Source: Haplodiscus bocki
Taxonomy: Eukaryota
NCBI GenBank assembly: GCA_965655095.1
Contig: OZ296650.1
Span: 71,796,001-71,860,000, forward strand
Direction of reading: 5' to 3'
Length of the DNA: 64,000 nt
Position 1 is the first letter of the stretch; every line of letters begins with the position of its first letter. Shown piece by piece: positions 49,133 through 62,650 of the stretch. The translations under genes and the position numbers were made by a program. The notes beneath the pieces were generated by a model, which was given only the letters and a program-made list of their open reading frames with translations, ran no database searches and was not told the origin of the DNA.

Positions 49133-50583
49133 TGTGAGAAATCGCTTCCGAATCTGAATCAGTTAGGTTATTGGTACGACAAGCAGAGAACTCCACTTCC
49201 GGATAGGGATCGTTTAGGAAATGATCCCCACTGAGTTTCCGGTTTTCTGAGTCAATGTTCCTGGATGTTCCCGGAACAGCTACGGAAGAATTCCGAACTT
49301 GTGGGTTCGGTTTAAATTCGTCAAGTTTGGAGAAACACCCAAAATGCTTGACTCCGTCCATCCAAATTCCTGGGACAATTTTTTAGTGACCCGCCCTTCA
49401 ATTTCTGAAGAAACTTGGGTGATGTACTCTTCAGCCATCCTCGGATTGAATGCGTTTTGTGACTGATTGTTCCTTGAGTTTTCTTGTGTTTCTCTCGAAA
49501 CCACTGCTAACTTTCTCTTTTTTCTCAAGGTTGCCATAACACTGAGGGAAAAACTCAACAGTTGTGCAGACTGCATTGATTAAATATTTTTCAACGAATA
49601 ATTGCTCTCCTCTTTGAGAAGGAAAATAAATTTCAAGCTTAACGGCAAATGTGTTCTTACCGTAGCAGAACAGTAATTGTACAAAGTAATTATTATATTT
49701 AGTACTTTCGTTTCTGTTATTTATACCTTCTCCTTGGCGGGAAACATAATTCTTTACACGCCAAGTCAAGACACAAATAGGGAAAAGTACTTTAATTATA
49801 TCATTCATAAAGAAAAAACGCCGACTTTGGAAGGAAATAAAAACTTTTGAGTCGATTTCTTCCGTCATAGACCGCGTCTTTTCCGTCATTGGACAGAGAA
49901 ATTACGGGCCTAATCCATCGGAAGTGGACATCAAAGTGCTTAATCCCGCGCCGACACAATAAATAATAGTATAAACACAGATCAAAGTACTTTCCATAAG
50001 AGGAAGAAAATAAAAAATACATCGAATATAAGTTGAAGTAAAGTAACTGAATAGAAGGAAAAATTTCATTTTTACATGTTTTACATGTTTCATTGATTAA
50101 ATCCACTGCTGGAAAAAAACTAGGTTTTTTTTCTCGTCGTTCCTCATTTCTACCAGCTGGGTCCTCATTTGAGCCAAAGCGTTCCGGAACGGCTACGTAA
50201 TCACCTACCGCGAAGAATGAAAGGGATGGCTACGTAACTGCTCCGTGTTTGGCTAAAATGACACATGGATAGCCGCAGAACGGATTGGATTAAATTCGAG
50301 TGACGTCACCAGATTGGTAGCAACGGAAGACGTACGGAACAATTAATCACTTCTAAAGTCACGCACGCTCTGTAATTATAGTGAAATTACTTACTGCATG
50401 TTCATTGACGTTGTCAATCATAATAAATTACTGCTCAAATTGTCAAAAAGTGGATCTATATAATAAAAAAATAAAATATAAAAACAGCACATTTTACCTT
50501 TTAATGATATAAGTATACAGTATGGAATGTAAATTAATATCCGTTTGTTCCGTAGTAGTTCCGTCTCAATCTGGATCAGTACA
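49133..50583 (-). mobile_element. Solo LTR A (~1.45 kb) carrying the start of a gag-like ORF
   Basis: Minus strand TGtactgatccag...ttctcaCA; contains MATLRKKRKLAVVSRETQE...EIEGRVTKKLSQEF...SKLDEF..., which runs to the CA end. Confidence 0.65.
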
Positions 50584-52815
50584 TCAAAATTGCACGTATA
50601 GGCTACGTGCCACATACATAACAACAAATTTTATGGAAAGATACGTAGACACTACGTATCGCTAACATGATTTACATATATTAAAGGGTAATACGTAATA
50701 GTTACATGATTTTGTGAGTTTACTAGCATATGTATGTATAGTTTCAGTATATCGTGACTTTTAGTCTCTGTCGACGGGCCCGGAATTTATTTTGCCGCAG
50801 GGAACAGCTGTCCGCAGGCTTCGCAGGCATGCTGCGACAGATACATATATTTACGTATCATTTACATGAAAGTTAGGGTGAACATAAAAACGAAGTTCAA
50901 TGTTTGTTAGGCATGCAATTTTTTGAGTTTTTTATTCTCTTGAGGGTCCTGCATTGTCTTAGCTGTGGAATGCTCTAATTGCAGCCTGTGCAGATGTGCT
51001 GCGAGAAGGTTACCATGATCGAATTTCAACATTGAAAAGAATGATCACGCCGAGAGTGACAAAGGTTTGCGCCAAAGAATTTGTTGACGAAACATTTCCG
51101 CAACAAGTGCAAAAGTTGAATAAGATGGAGGTTTGAAAGCTTGAACTTTTCATATTCGTTGCCTAATACGATCAGTTTTGGTCGAGTTTGTTTCTGTCGA
51201 ATTTCAAAATTGAGCCAAAATGATAAAAAGGATATGGTGAAAATTCGGACAAAAAGAAGAGGAATTCAAAAATAAAAGCATCCTCACATTCATCGTGCCT
51301 ATAACAATCAATTTTTCAACTTTGTATGGAAACAATAAAACTATTTTGTTTTTTTTTTGCTGATATCCTAATCGATTCAAACTCTTGATTACCCACTGTT
51401 CTTATTTAACGACGGGGTTTTAAAGATTTGCGTTTCTTGAGGGCTCACGAACTTTGAGAGTTAACTTCTCGAGATAATGTAAGTAATGATTATGAAAGGT
51501 CTCGAATATCTCTAGCATTCCTTGTTATCTAGAATCATACGTGAGATTTCTAAAACTTTAAAACTTGCGTACAATGCTCAATACCTACATGGTTATGAGG
51601 AAGTATTTTGTGACACAATTTTTGATTTGTTTGAGACGTCAAGTTTAGTATAGTGAATAAAATTAGCTTTCGATTGCTCTTTTAATGACTTCTACCGTAT
51701 TTTTTTAAACTCTAAAGTTGAAATACTTACTGATCCAATATTTTGAAAAGTTATCCGAAATACAAGATTGCACTCCTTTAAAACACTACTGTGTATTTCA
51801 CATTTTATATTCGTAATTTTCATTGGCCTTCCCGGTTGACCACCCATGTAAATTTGTCCCTGATTCATCCACGTTTCATCCATGGCTCATGGCTTGCCAT
51901 GCTAAGAATCGTAACATGGCCATAGGATGGATGATACTTCATCAATTAGAAAAATATTGGATCTTTCAAAGAAAAGGTTTGCCAAATTTTGCCAAATTGT
52001 ACATGCACATCATTTACAATGGAAAAATAACAGCTTAAGAGGTCAGCATCAACCTTGAGGTATCAGAATTATAGATTTCTGGGGCCGAATAAAACAACAA
52101 AACAAAATAAACACGATGGTTCCCTTGAATTGATGCGTAACTTCACACGTTAGTATAATCAATTTACAAGCTGATAAATTGTTCGCAAATCCTGAAATGA
52201 AAGATTCAAACTCTAGAAATTATCTCGTGACGCGTCATCCTAAAAAAAATCTGGTGAAAAGTGCAAGGTTACTGACAGAAATGACAATATAAAATTAGTT
52301 CCCAAATAATTTTGTATTATATTCTCCCAAAATCGGCCAACTCTTTTCTACTTTCCGTTTTCAAATTATTGGACGCCACCGATATTGCAGACGTTTCAGT
52401 TGGTTTAAATAATCCTTATTCTGATGTTGGTCGAACATTTCAGCTCTATAAAACATGGGTGACTCCGTTATTATAAATTTTTCTGTCTCTAAGTGGAGAA
52501 ACATGGATTTTTGTAGATGAATCATAGCTTTAGTATGGACGTTGTCAGGGATGATTATCCATGCTGACTATCTTACGGAACATAAATTTTCATTGAAGAA
52601 ACTTGAATGATGTATTGGATGATTTTACATGGACGGAAATGTAGTCACAAATAATGTGCTGAAAATTTCAAGATCATGGATGAATTATGGTCAACCAGAG
52701 CTAGTATTCAAAACGAGCATCACTAATTTGCCCTTGTTTGACTATTTTCACTAACTTCATTACTCAACTTTGCAAAACCACTGAGAAAAAAATTGCGTGC
52801 AATGAGTCTAATCTA

Positions 52816-53843
52816 ATCTGTACGACAGTTTGAACCAAATACAGTTTTGGAACAAATACAGGAGTCGGACCAAAGACAAAGTCGGACCGAATTTTGAAAA
52901 TCGCCCTAAATTATTTCGCTCATTAGCCCAATTACTTATTTAATAAGCAAGCTCAACCCAATTATAGCAATTTTACAACCAGTTCTTATACAAATTAACC
53001 TGTCGGCATTGATTTTGCTGTCGGGATAGTAATAATCCCGGTAATAGTCGGAAAAGCTAGAACTCCAGTATAATTTTTGAAGCAACGACTTGAGAATGGC
53101 CAAAGTTGCTCCTTTCCGTGATCCTCAAAGCATTATGGGGATCTTTGGGGGTTATTGAAAATTTTTCCGAGACATTTCGTTCCGAAGTTGCAAAAGTGGT
53201 ATGACGATGTTGGAGATTATTTTTTCCCCGCCCCTAATGCTCAATTTGTCAGAAATATATTTCACTCGCCACATGCTTTTTCACGTGAACTTGCCAATTG
53301 CACGATTTCGGTAAAATCGTGCAATTTTGACTTTGGAAATTTACCACTGTAAATTTAGTTCAAAGTGTTTTTCTGGACGCAATTTTGGTTTTTTAAAATT
53401 GTTTTCTCATTGCGAAGAAGTAAAAAAACTGCTGTACGAATCAGTTTTTCTTCTAAAACTCACTTTTAACAACTTTAGAATTTAGAAGGAGGAAAATATA
53501 CCTGCTGTAGTAGCCGGGTGTCTTATATTTTGTTGTTTCAAAAGTATTTTGAGGAATGTGGAAAAAGGAAAATATTGAGTTAAATTCCAGGCCATAGCAA
53601 ACTGCCAAAATTGTGAAAGTTAGAATATCAAAGCGCCTGAATAATGCTTATTGTATTTTGGTTCGTATTGATTTACTTTTCTAACTGGCGATAATTACTT
53701 CGATCATCTAGAATTGTTAAAAATTTTATAGGCGGTATTAAATACCACTAACTAGAGGTAAATAGAATTTGGGACCGAATTTGTCTTCTTCCGAATCTGT
53801 CAGCGGTCCGAATTTGGCATTTGATCCGAATTGACGCATTACC
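52816..53843. mobile_element. Non-autonomous DNA transposon (~1 kb) with ccgaat/ttcgg subterminal repeats
   Basis: Imperfect inverted ends (cgacagtttgaaccaaat... / ...gatccgaattgacgcattacc); both ends shared with 54854-59582. Confidence 0.7.
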
Positions 53844-54240
53844 TGCTGAACGACTTACGCTGTTTCTGGGTTTTTGAAGATTTTGAATTTGAGCAATCGC
53901 AAGCTATTGATCGCATTACTTCAACGATTATGGATGATTTTTTCTGAGCGGTCATATGTGGTAACTTGGCTAATAATAAAAAAAATTAGGGTATCACTAT
54001 ATGACCTAAGTTTGGCTATTTTCATTACTCACATTTTTGAAAACTAAGTACAATTCCTAGCTATGAGTCTAGTCTAAAACAAAAGACACAGCAGCGCCGC
54101 GATATTTTCAGTCAATGGTGGGTCAAAAATGGCTCAAAAATGAATTTGCTGAAATTTTCAAGAAAAACGTAGGTATCTTAGGGTCCTAAGAGGCTCGCAC
54201 TCAGCTCAGTAAAACCAGTTTTAGACAAAAACTGGTATTC

Positions 54241-54745
54241 TCAAAACTGATTTTCAAAGGAACATTTTGAGTGATTTTTATTGAAAAATCCAAAACTTGG
54301 ACCTTGATTGGGGCTTTGAGCGAAAAAAATTGTTGTTTGGCTGTTGTATCCACAAACGATTTTTACATGTCCAGACATACATTTTCAGCAAGATGTTTTC
54401 TGGAGACTTTCGAAGGTTTTTGTGCTTTTCAGACTTTATGCGATAATCTTTTTGGCTGGAGCTCTCAGAAGTGATTTCTACGTGTCCAGAGAAACATTTT
54501 GGAGAAATGTAGAATTTTTGAAAAAATATTATTTATAAATTTTCTCGGACTTTGAGCTGAGAAATATCAAACTTTTAGTGGTAAATTTTCATCAGGTTTG
54601 CCAAAACTGCATTCTACATGTCCCGAGTAACATTTTGGGATTTTTTTTGAAAATTATATATTTTTTTGACTTTGACGAAAACTTTTCCATTTGGTTTTCA
54701 AAACTGCATTCTACGTGCCACGTGATCAGAGGAACATTTTGAGCG
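54241..54745. repeat. ~120-bp unit repeat family (tcaaaactgcattctacatgtccagaggaacatttt); further copies ~58175-58600
   Basis: Motif recurs about every 110-130 bp. Confidence 0.75.
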
Positions 54746-54853
54746 ATTTTTCTCGCAAATTGCGCAGTTGACGCATTAAGAATTGACAATTTATCGGAGA
54801 AAGAAGTCTACATACTGAAGGAATGATTTTCTTTTCGTAATGGACATAGCGAC

Positions 54854-57800
54854 AGCTGCACGACAAGTTGGAAACAAGGCAACTTTGGAACAAATACAGG
54901 ATTCAGACCAAAGAATTAGTCGAAACCGATTTCGATGTTCAGCCCAATTTTTCCGTTTATTCGCCAAAAAGTCTAATCAATAAATAAAAAAAGCCAAAGC
55001 ACCGCAATGTTTACCGTACATGGGGTGTAGAAACGATTGGCCGAACACTTAACAAACTATTTTCACAAAAATTTTGATTAAAGGCAGATTTGTCGATTAA
55101 CACGTTGTCGGAAGAATTCAAGCCTAAATTTTCTTGCTTAATTCTTTAATTTGTAACTTTCCATTATAGTTAGTATTTAATGAAGTTTGATTACACTTGA
55201 GCAAACAATGTCACAGAGCAGAAGAGTTTGGGAGCATTACAAACATAACTTGCAACAAGATAACAAAAACGGCTGCGCTTTCCGTTATTTTCCGCCTATC
55301 ATCAAATATCCGTTGACGAGGCAAAAACAAAAAAAACAAATCGAAGTCCTTTCTAGAGACAAAAAGCTATCAATTAACAACTTCATGGAAGAAGTTAGGC
55401 CAATGGTTATAGAGAAATGAGAATTAGAACATGGTGTGTCGTCAAAACTAAAACCCTTCTATTGGCATTCATAGATCATCAGTACCCTGACGGAAAGATC
55501 GAGAGTCATCATGTTTCTCTTGAATTGTTCTCCTCAAACAGAGAAGTGTTGATTGAATTTTTGATCCAAGAATTCAAACTCGTAGTTGTGGATAAAGATG
55601 ATTTCGAACACTTGGATGTAAGGGTGTAATTACAGAAAAATTTAATGGCATTTTTAACCTACAACAAATCGAACGCAAAAAGTAGGCATTAGGGACGCAG
55701 TGCAAAACTAACGACAAAAACTTCCCAGAAAAGTAAGAAATCATGAGGTCATTTTGTAATCGGAACATCGTTGCAACACGGATTTAACATAAATCATAGC
55801 TTACAGAAATCATTCGAAAGGGATCGATTTCTTCGGATGAAACCTTTCAAAAAAATGTTCTGATTGCAAGTAGGATATAGTTTTCGACTCATTGGAGTGT
55901 TTTTGTTTGTGTCAAAGCAAATTGGCCTGATCTTCAGTCCTGGCCTCAAAGATACAATACTGAAGATTCAACAAAATATAAACGTCCAGTAAATCCCAAT
56001 TTTGAAGATCGTTTTGTTGAAATTGTATTGGAAAACTTTCTCATTGCTACACAAAGTTGTTAAAACTACAAAAATTTTTTCTTACCCTTTGTAACTTTTA
56101 GTATTTTTTCCATGTAACTGCCCCAGCATAAAGCAATTTGACAAAAAGTTTAAAACAGTCAGAAATAGATACCTTACCACGGTTTCACCAAAAACCCAGC
56201 GGAAATTTCTGTGACCTCGACCACAAGTTAGTACATCAAAAATTGAAGTCTTTGTTTTGCTACTGGTAATTTTGGGGCAATCTAAAATTTTGGCCCAAAT
56301 ACAACAAAAGGTTTGAGGTCTCTGGAAAGAATGCGATGATCTGTTTTCGCATGGTAAAAAAACCCATCAAAAAAGTCTGTTCTTTTTTGTGACCGCAGCC
56401 GAATCCGAATAGACAATTACCCAACATCGTCTCCTTATCCTGTGAAAAATTTGGATTGTTCCTGGGATTACTCCCAGTCTATGAGAAGGCAAATTGACAA
56501 GGAAGAATTCAAAATTGTTGAAAACTTTCACAGGCGAAACTTATCGAGAATCAATTACAACAAACCGAAAAACTACTATCGTGTAAATGGCAGTTTTGAA
56601 AGAAAACTATTTGAAAAAGTTGAGGACCTATTAAAAAGACTTCAAAATGACAAGCACTTTCTGAACACCAGAAAAGCTCGTCATTCAAGATTCTTCAGCG
56701 AAAAAGTCCTGCAAAAAACTCTCTGTCAGCAACCAAAAAGGAATCCCTTAAAATTCGTTTCTTAGTTGTGCCAAGGCCAACTAAGTGTTTTTTTCAAACT
56801 TCCTTCCCATACAAAGGACCTAAAATTGATGAAAAATGACAAAAAAAGCTTTTATTGTTTGATGCTCTGTTCCAAGAAAATTACCAAAAACCTTAGTCAC
56901 CGCAACAAAAAGTAAGTATCTGATAGAATTGAATTTTTCTGTTATGGTTATTCAAAAAGAAAAAAATTTTGAGGAGCTTCATGTCAAAGAAAAGATTTGA
57001 ACCAAACAGGAACCTTCAAAAGACCAGAAAAGTTCAATTGGCAGGTTTATATCTGCAGAAAAAAAGGATCCAAAAAATTTCGGACCGCAAATGAGTTAGT
57101 TATGTGATAGAACATAGTTTTTTCGTTAAACGTGTGCAAATTGCAGGCAACTGGGAGCCCGAAAATGGGAATGAGCGACCAAATAATGAAAGCCATGGTC
57201 AAACTGCTCAAAAACAACTCGATTTTCAAGTAGTTTAGCAAAGAGTACTGTCGCAAACAGATGGGAACAGAACAAAAAACTAGTATGTGGTAGATTCGAA
57301 TTTTGTCGTAAGGTTTCTGCAGAACTCAAAAAACCATCAAACTAGTGGGTGGAGAAATAACAGAAGTGAAGTTGTTTTAGTGTCCCGGGTTGACGAGGTT
57401 TCACTTCGTTTTCGTTACGTTCGCCAAAATTTGATGAGTTTTGAAAAGTCTTCCTCCATTATAAAGTTTTGATTGAGACTTCCGCAGGAGGACTAAAGCA
57501 GGTTTTGCTCGGGAAATACGTATTTGAATGTCTACACATGCCAATATTTTGAACACTTCATGACCCTTATGACTGAACAAACTAAAATCAAAATTTTTGT
57601 TTTCGTGGTCCTCGACAAATAGAATGCTGGCGATTGAGACCTTGATAGAAGCAGTCGATACAATAATTATTGAAAAATATGACTTTGATTTTCGAGAATT
57701 GTCTGAATTGAAAACGTTTTTGAAGTTTTGCCCTAGAAAGATTGCAATAATAGATCAAAATTGACTTTTTCCAGTGGATAGCCTCCCTCATGTAGACAGC

Positions 57801-59582
57801 TTTCGGTGAAGCCGTTAATGCAAAAAGTCTAGCAGGTAGTTTAGAAACATGATTTTGGAAACCGCTATTTGTTTTCTCTATGTGCTTTTTCGTCAGTTTT
57901 GGCATATGATTTGGAACGCAAAACAGTGTTTCATCTGTACAAAAGTTTTGCTTCAAGTAAAAAACTGTCGACTGAGACCTTGGCGAAAAAGTGGAAACAT
58001 GTAGTTATCAAGACAAGTGAGTTTCAACATTCAGCAGAACCAAAACAAAACTTCATATATTATTGGGAAAAGTTTGGGAAAAAATTGAGGAATTTTATCA
58101 AGTTACATATTTTTCCTGACTGTTACCGGAAATCCTTTTCCAAAATTGATCAAAAAAATTTCGATGAGCACTTTCAAAACTGACATTTTAGGTTGTCCAG
58201 AGGAACAGTTTGAAAATTTAAAATTCGTGGAAAATTTTATACTTTTGGAACTTTTTGAGAGTTTGTGGGAAAATTTTTCCGACTCTGAGCAAACAATTTT
58301 CACAAGGTCTGTGAAAAGTGTATTACTCTTCTCCAGAAGATCAGTTTTGCTTTGGAAAAGTTTTCGAAAAAAATATAATTTTTTGGACTTTAATTAATAA
58401 TTTTTTTCGGGTTTTGGGAGCAAGAATCTCGGCGGAGTTGTCAAAACTGCAATCTACATGTCCATAGAATCATTTTTACTTTTTTCCAGAAACTTATATG
58501 TTCTTTTCGGAATGTGAGCGAAAATTTCTCAGATTTTGTGTGACAAATTTTAGGCAGGTTTGGTAAAACTGCTTTCTAGTTGTTTAGAGGAACGTTTTGC
58601 GGCCTAAATTAAAAAAGGAACATGTCCACTCGAAATAGGCAAATCACCAAATATGGAAGTGTACATACTGACGGAATGATTTTTTTTCGTAATAGAAATT
58701 AAGACGGAAAACTTTGAGCTTAATCCAGTTTACTTTTCGAAAGTATATGAATTTTGCAACCAGTTCTGATATTAACCAACCGGGTGGCAATAAAATTTGT
58801 TTTTTTTTTGTGAGGCTGTAGGTATCCATGCCACTAAATAACACAAAAGCTAAAACTCCAGAATAATTTTCGAAGCAAGAAACTGAGAACGGCCAAATTT
58901 GATCCTGCCCGTAAGTGTCGTCGGGGGAACATTTTGTGTTACAGTTTTTTATTGAAATTTTCTCGAAATTGCGAATGGGTATGACGATGTTGGGGCTTGG
59001 TATTTTCCACCCATAATTCAATATGCAAAAGAAACAACTCACTCTCCACATGCGCGATTTACGTAACTTTGCTGAATGCACAATTCTGGTAAATTCGTGC
59101 GTTTTTGACTGAAGATTTCAGAAAAGTCTACTTCAAAACGCTTTTGAGGATGCAATTTTGCTTTTGTAAATTTTTTCAAGTGGGAGATGTAATCAATTTG
59201 CTGTAGAATACATTTTTTCTTGCAAATCTTGCTTTTTAGTTAATTTAGGAGGAAAATATCCCTACGGTAGTAGTCAACAGTCTTGTATTTCTCTGTTTTC
59301 AACTTATTGAGAAAATTGGAGAACGGCAAAAGCTGGGATAGATTTCAGAAAAATGCCAAAATTTTGAAACTTGGAAGATCAAAGCCCATGTGTAATAAAC
59401 ATTGTATTTTGATAACTTCTAACTGGTGATAAATACTATGATAATCTACAGTTGTTAAGGATTTTATAATTGCTGCTAATTACCATTCGTTAGAGGTAAT
59501 TAAAATTTTGGGCCGAATTTTTCTTCGGTCCGAATCTGTCCCTGATCCGAATTTGGTATTGAGTCAGAATTGTCGCATTACC
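54854..59582 (+). mobile_element. Longer (~4.7 kb) member of the same DNA transposon family with a decayed internal ORF
   Basis: Left end cgacaagttggaaacaaggcaactttggaacaaatacagg matches 52823 onward; ~58860-59582 matches ~53070-53843; broken plus-strand ORFs 55187-57400. Confidence 0.7.
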
Positions 59583-59589
59583 AATTCTT

Positions 59590-60306
59590 CTCAGATTGGC
59601 GTCTCAGTCTTTCAGCGCTGATCCGTTCTCATTCAGAAATATTTCAGTTTTGGCTCAACGCTGTTCATTAACTGAAAATCTCCGAAACAGCTGTGATTCA
59701 GAGCTGAAAAGCGCTGATTTCCTCTGAAACAGCTCTGAATAATAGCGCTTATTTTTGGCGGATTCAGAACGCCAATTTTGGTCCAGTTTTCTATTTTTCT
59801 TAGAAATAATTAAATATTCCTTATTTTGGGGCACATGATTCTCATTTGCATCCCAAATTGCTATAAGAAGTGAACATAGACATTTAGTTGTTCAATCTTC
59901 TTATGGGCCAAAGATATAAAGATATACCGAAACTCGACTTTTTGGGTTTCTTCCCTACTGCTCAAGTGACAAAACTGATGTTATTAAAATTTCAAAAAGA
60001 TTCTCCCTTTTAGTAGTAGAAGAAAAATATAACTCTCAAGTTTATTTCGGAAAATTTGAGTCTAAATATCAGAGCTGATTAAGAGTAAATCAGTGCTGTT
60101 CAGCTGTGAAAACCCACTGTTTCAGAGTTAAGAAAATTAGCGCTGAACAGTTTTTCAGTTCTGTGTAATCTTGATTCAAAGAAAATCAGAGCTGATCAGC
60201 TCTGAAACAGTTGATGTTTCTCATGTTTTCTGAATCAGCGCAGAAAAAAGTTAAATATGTGAAACAGTGCTGTTCAACGCTGATTATCTGTGGGACTTCA
60301 GCCCGG
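59590..60306. repeat. MITE-like element with tcagcgctga/tcagagctga sub-repeats
   Basis: Palindromic cagcgctg/cagagctg motifs clustered at both ends; right end ...acttcagcccggg. Confidence 0.65.
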
Positions 60307-60739
60307 GTTAAGTTTTTTTTTACAAAAACTTTGTTGTCTTTAGGTTGAGTTGAAATCACCATGCTCATTAAAACATGTATATCGCGTTAAGACCTAAATA
60401 CGTAGTCTCAAACAATTTTTTCATCAGAATATAAAAATACAAAAACTATAGATCCTCATAAACCTGCCCGAAAATGATCACAGATCTACACATTAAATCT
60501 CAAAAAATTCAAAGTACTGAAAAATTGAAAAACATGTAAAAAATAGCGAAACTTCCTGAAAATTGGGTCCAGTTTTGATGACATGAAATTTATTTTATCA
60601 GTTTCAAAAACTCTGTCCATATGAGCTGTTTCAAAACCTTGTTTTTCAAGATAAGGGCACTGAAAATGTTATTTGTATCCAGAATTCACTCCCCAAAATC
60701 CGTACTGCCCATTTTTTTGTCGCAAACATTTGAAAACAC

Positions 60740-61900
60740 CCCTTTTGTTGGTTAGATTTTACAAGTTTTGAAGGTACTGAAGTAACTGCAACGCTTCACA
60801 GATCCTCTCAAAACTTAGCCATTTGCCTTCAACCCTTTAGAGGAACAAATTATTGATGATTCCGGTATTTTGATTTGCGATGAACGCCACCTTGCAGACT
60901 TTCGAAAAGTTTTCACTCTTCCTAATGCTCCTCGCTAAGTCTCTGTGGTCGTTTTCTTGCTCTTACCACTTTGGAGAAAATTAAGATGAGACATATATTA
61001 ATAATATCCTACTAAAACGGCGTTGAACAAATTCCAGATTCTATCCGAAGTACACAGAGGCGACGCGGAACTTTGCATTACATTCGGACGAGTTGGTTGA
61101 GATCGAAGATAAACGGGATACTTCAAAATTTCAGAAACATTTAGAGCTATGACTGGAGAAGTGATTGAAACTTTCAGAATCATTACTTCAGCTGTCAATC
61201 AAGCATTTGTACGGAAAAGTTGATTGACAAAGTACCTGCTACAAGTGTAACATGCTCAAACATTTCATCTGTCAATCTTGACTTTTCACATTACGCCATT
61301 TTACAACATCGTGCAATTAAACAACGCGACAACCAACAAGACCCTCCCACAATGTCTCATTCAAAATATTGAAATTAGGTGTTCCAAAGAACAGTTGTAT
61401 GTAAAAAAAGTTTCAGCTTCTTGTGCCTAATATAAGTATCCAAGACGTCAAAACTGCTTAAGAATGTGGGATCTCACTTGCCAATCATGAGGAAATTTGA
61501 TTCTTAGTTGAAACATCAAAGTTAAATTTGCATAATTTCTATCAAGTAAACCTAGACAACTTTAATAATGCGAACCTGTAACGGCCATGTTCACAATTTG
61601 ATGCTCGATGATGCGTCAATTCTGATGATCGGCAGGCGGTATGTGCCGACTTGAAAGAAATTCCTATGCCTTGTTTACAAATAACAGCCAATACGTGAGA
61701 ACTCGAACTTTTTGCTTGCAATGTTCTTTTAGTATGTCAAACACGATCTTCTAGGACGCTGTTGTTCAATTTTCAAAAGCAATGTTTAAAAAGTTACATT
61801 TGTAGAACGGGACAACAAACAAAGCTGCACTTGCCAAATGTCTCAAAAAAGGTTGTTTTTTGTTTTTGACCATTTACACTGGCTTCCTTAATGACGTCAA
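60740..61900 (-). pseudogene. Possible decayed hAT-type transposase
   Basis: Weak peptides HVTLVAG, FNAVLVGYY and SVKRCSYFST appear in the order of hAT HVTC.AH, W..A..YY and SVERSFS motifs. Confidence 0.3.
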
Positions 61901-62042
61901 ACGATGCAAGTTTTCAACAAGAAAGAAAAAAAGTTGGTAAAAACCGGTTTTAACTCATAATCGTTTTGCTTAAACTGTAGACGTAGAGCTTGCTCAATTA
62001 CTTGCAAACGTAGTGTCATTACCAGCGGAACGTTCTTATTAG

Positions 62043-62650
62043 AACCCCACAGGCATTTTTAGCATTAAGTAAAGTTTAACTCCAAAAAAAATTACCTGCG
62101 TCCACACGCCAAGCATCTTACACAAAGCACATGCAAATGTTCTGCAAGTAAATTTGCATGAAGTAGCAAGTAATTCACAGTGAAAAATACATACAAATTT
62201 GCCTGTACAATTCAATCAAAACTAGCCGGAAGCGTACGTTATGAAACAGTCTAGTAGGGAATAAGTTCATCAGCAGTATACAGGCTGACTAACCTTCATA
62301 TTGCAGGTGATTGTAGATGCGGTCTAATAGCGTTATTGTTCGCGATTGCAGGTATCTATGCCCAGAAGTTGTTTTTGTTTATGGCTGCATAAGTAAGCAA
62401 CTTGGCATGATAAATACGGGCGAGCTTGGATGAGTTCCGAATTTAAATTTACCCGCAATTTACCCACTGTTATCAAGTTATTTTACCTTGGACTGCCAAA
62501 TATTTTGCACGTAATTTGTCTTGTGCTGTCCGTTTTGGGTAAACTGACCTATTTTTCTATGTAAGCTGCCTGTAGCGCAGGTAAACTGTTTGTGGCGCTC
62601 TGTTACATGCGTTGCGCAGTAGGTAAATTTGACTGCTTTAGCGGTGAGTG
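62043..62650. repeat. MITE-like relic with ttacc/gcaggtaa sub-repeats
   Basis: Recurrent gcaggtaa, gcaagtaa and ttacctgc motifs. Confidence 0.4.

Noticed and set aside
47685-50588. TSD around the LTR pair (tctga vs tcaaa)
   Set aside because: Only 3 of 5 bases match; not distinguishable from chance.
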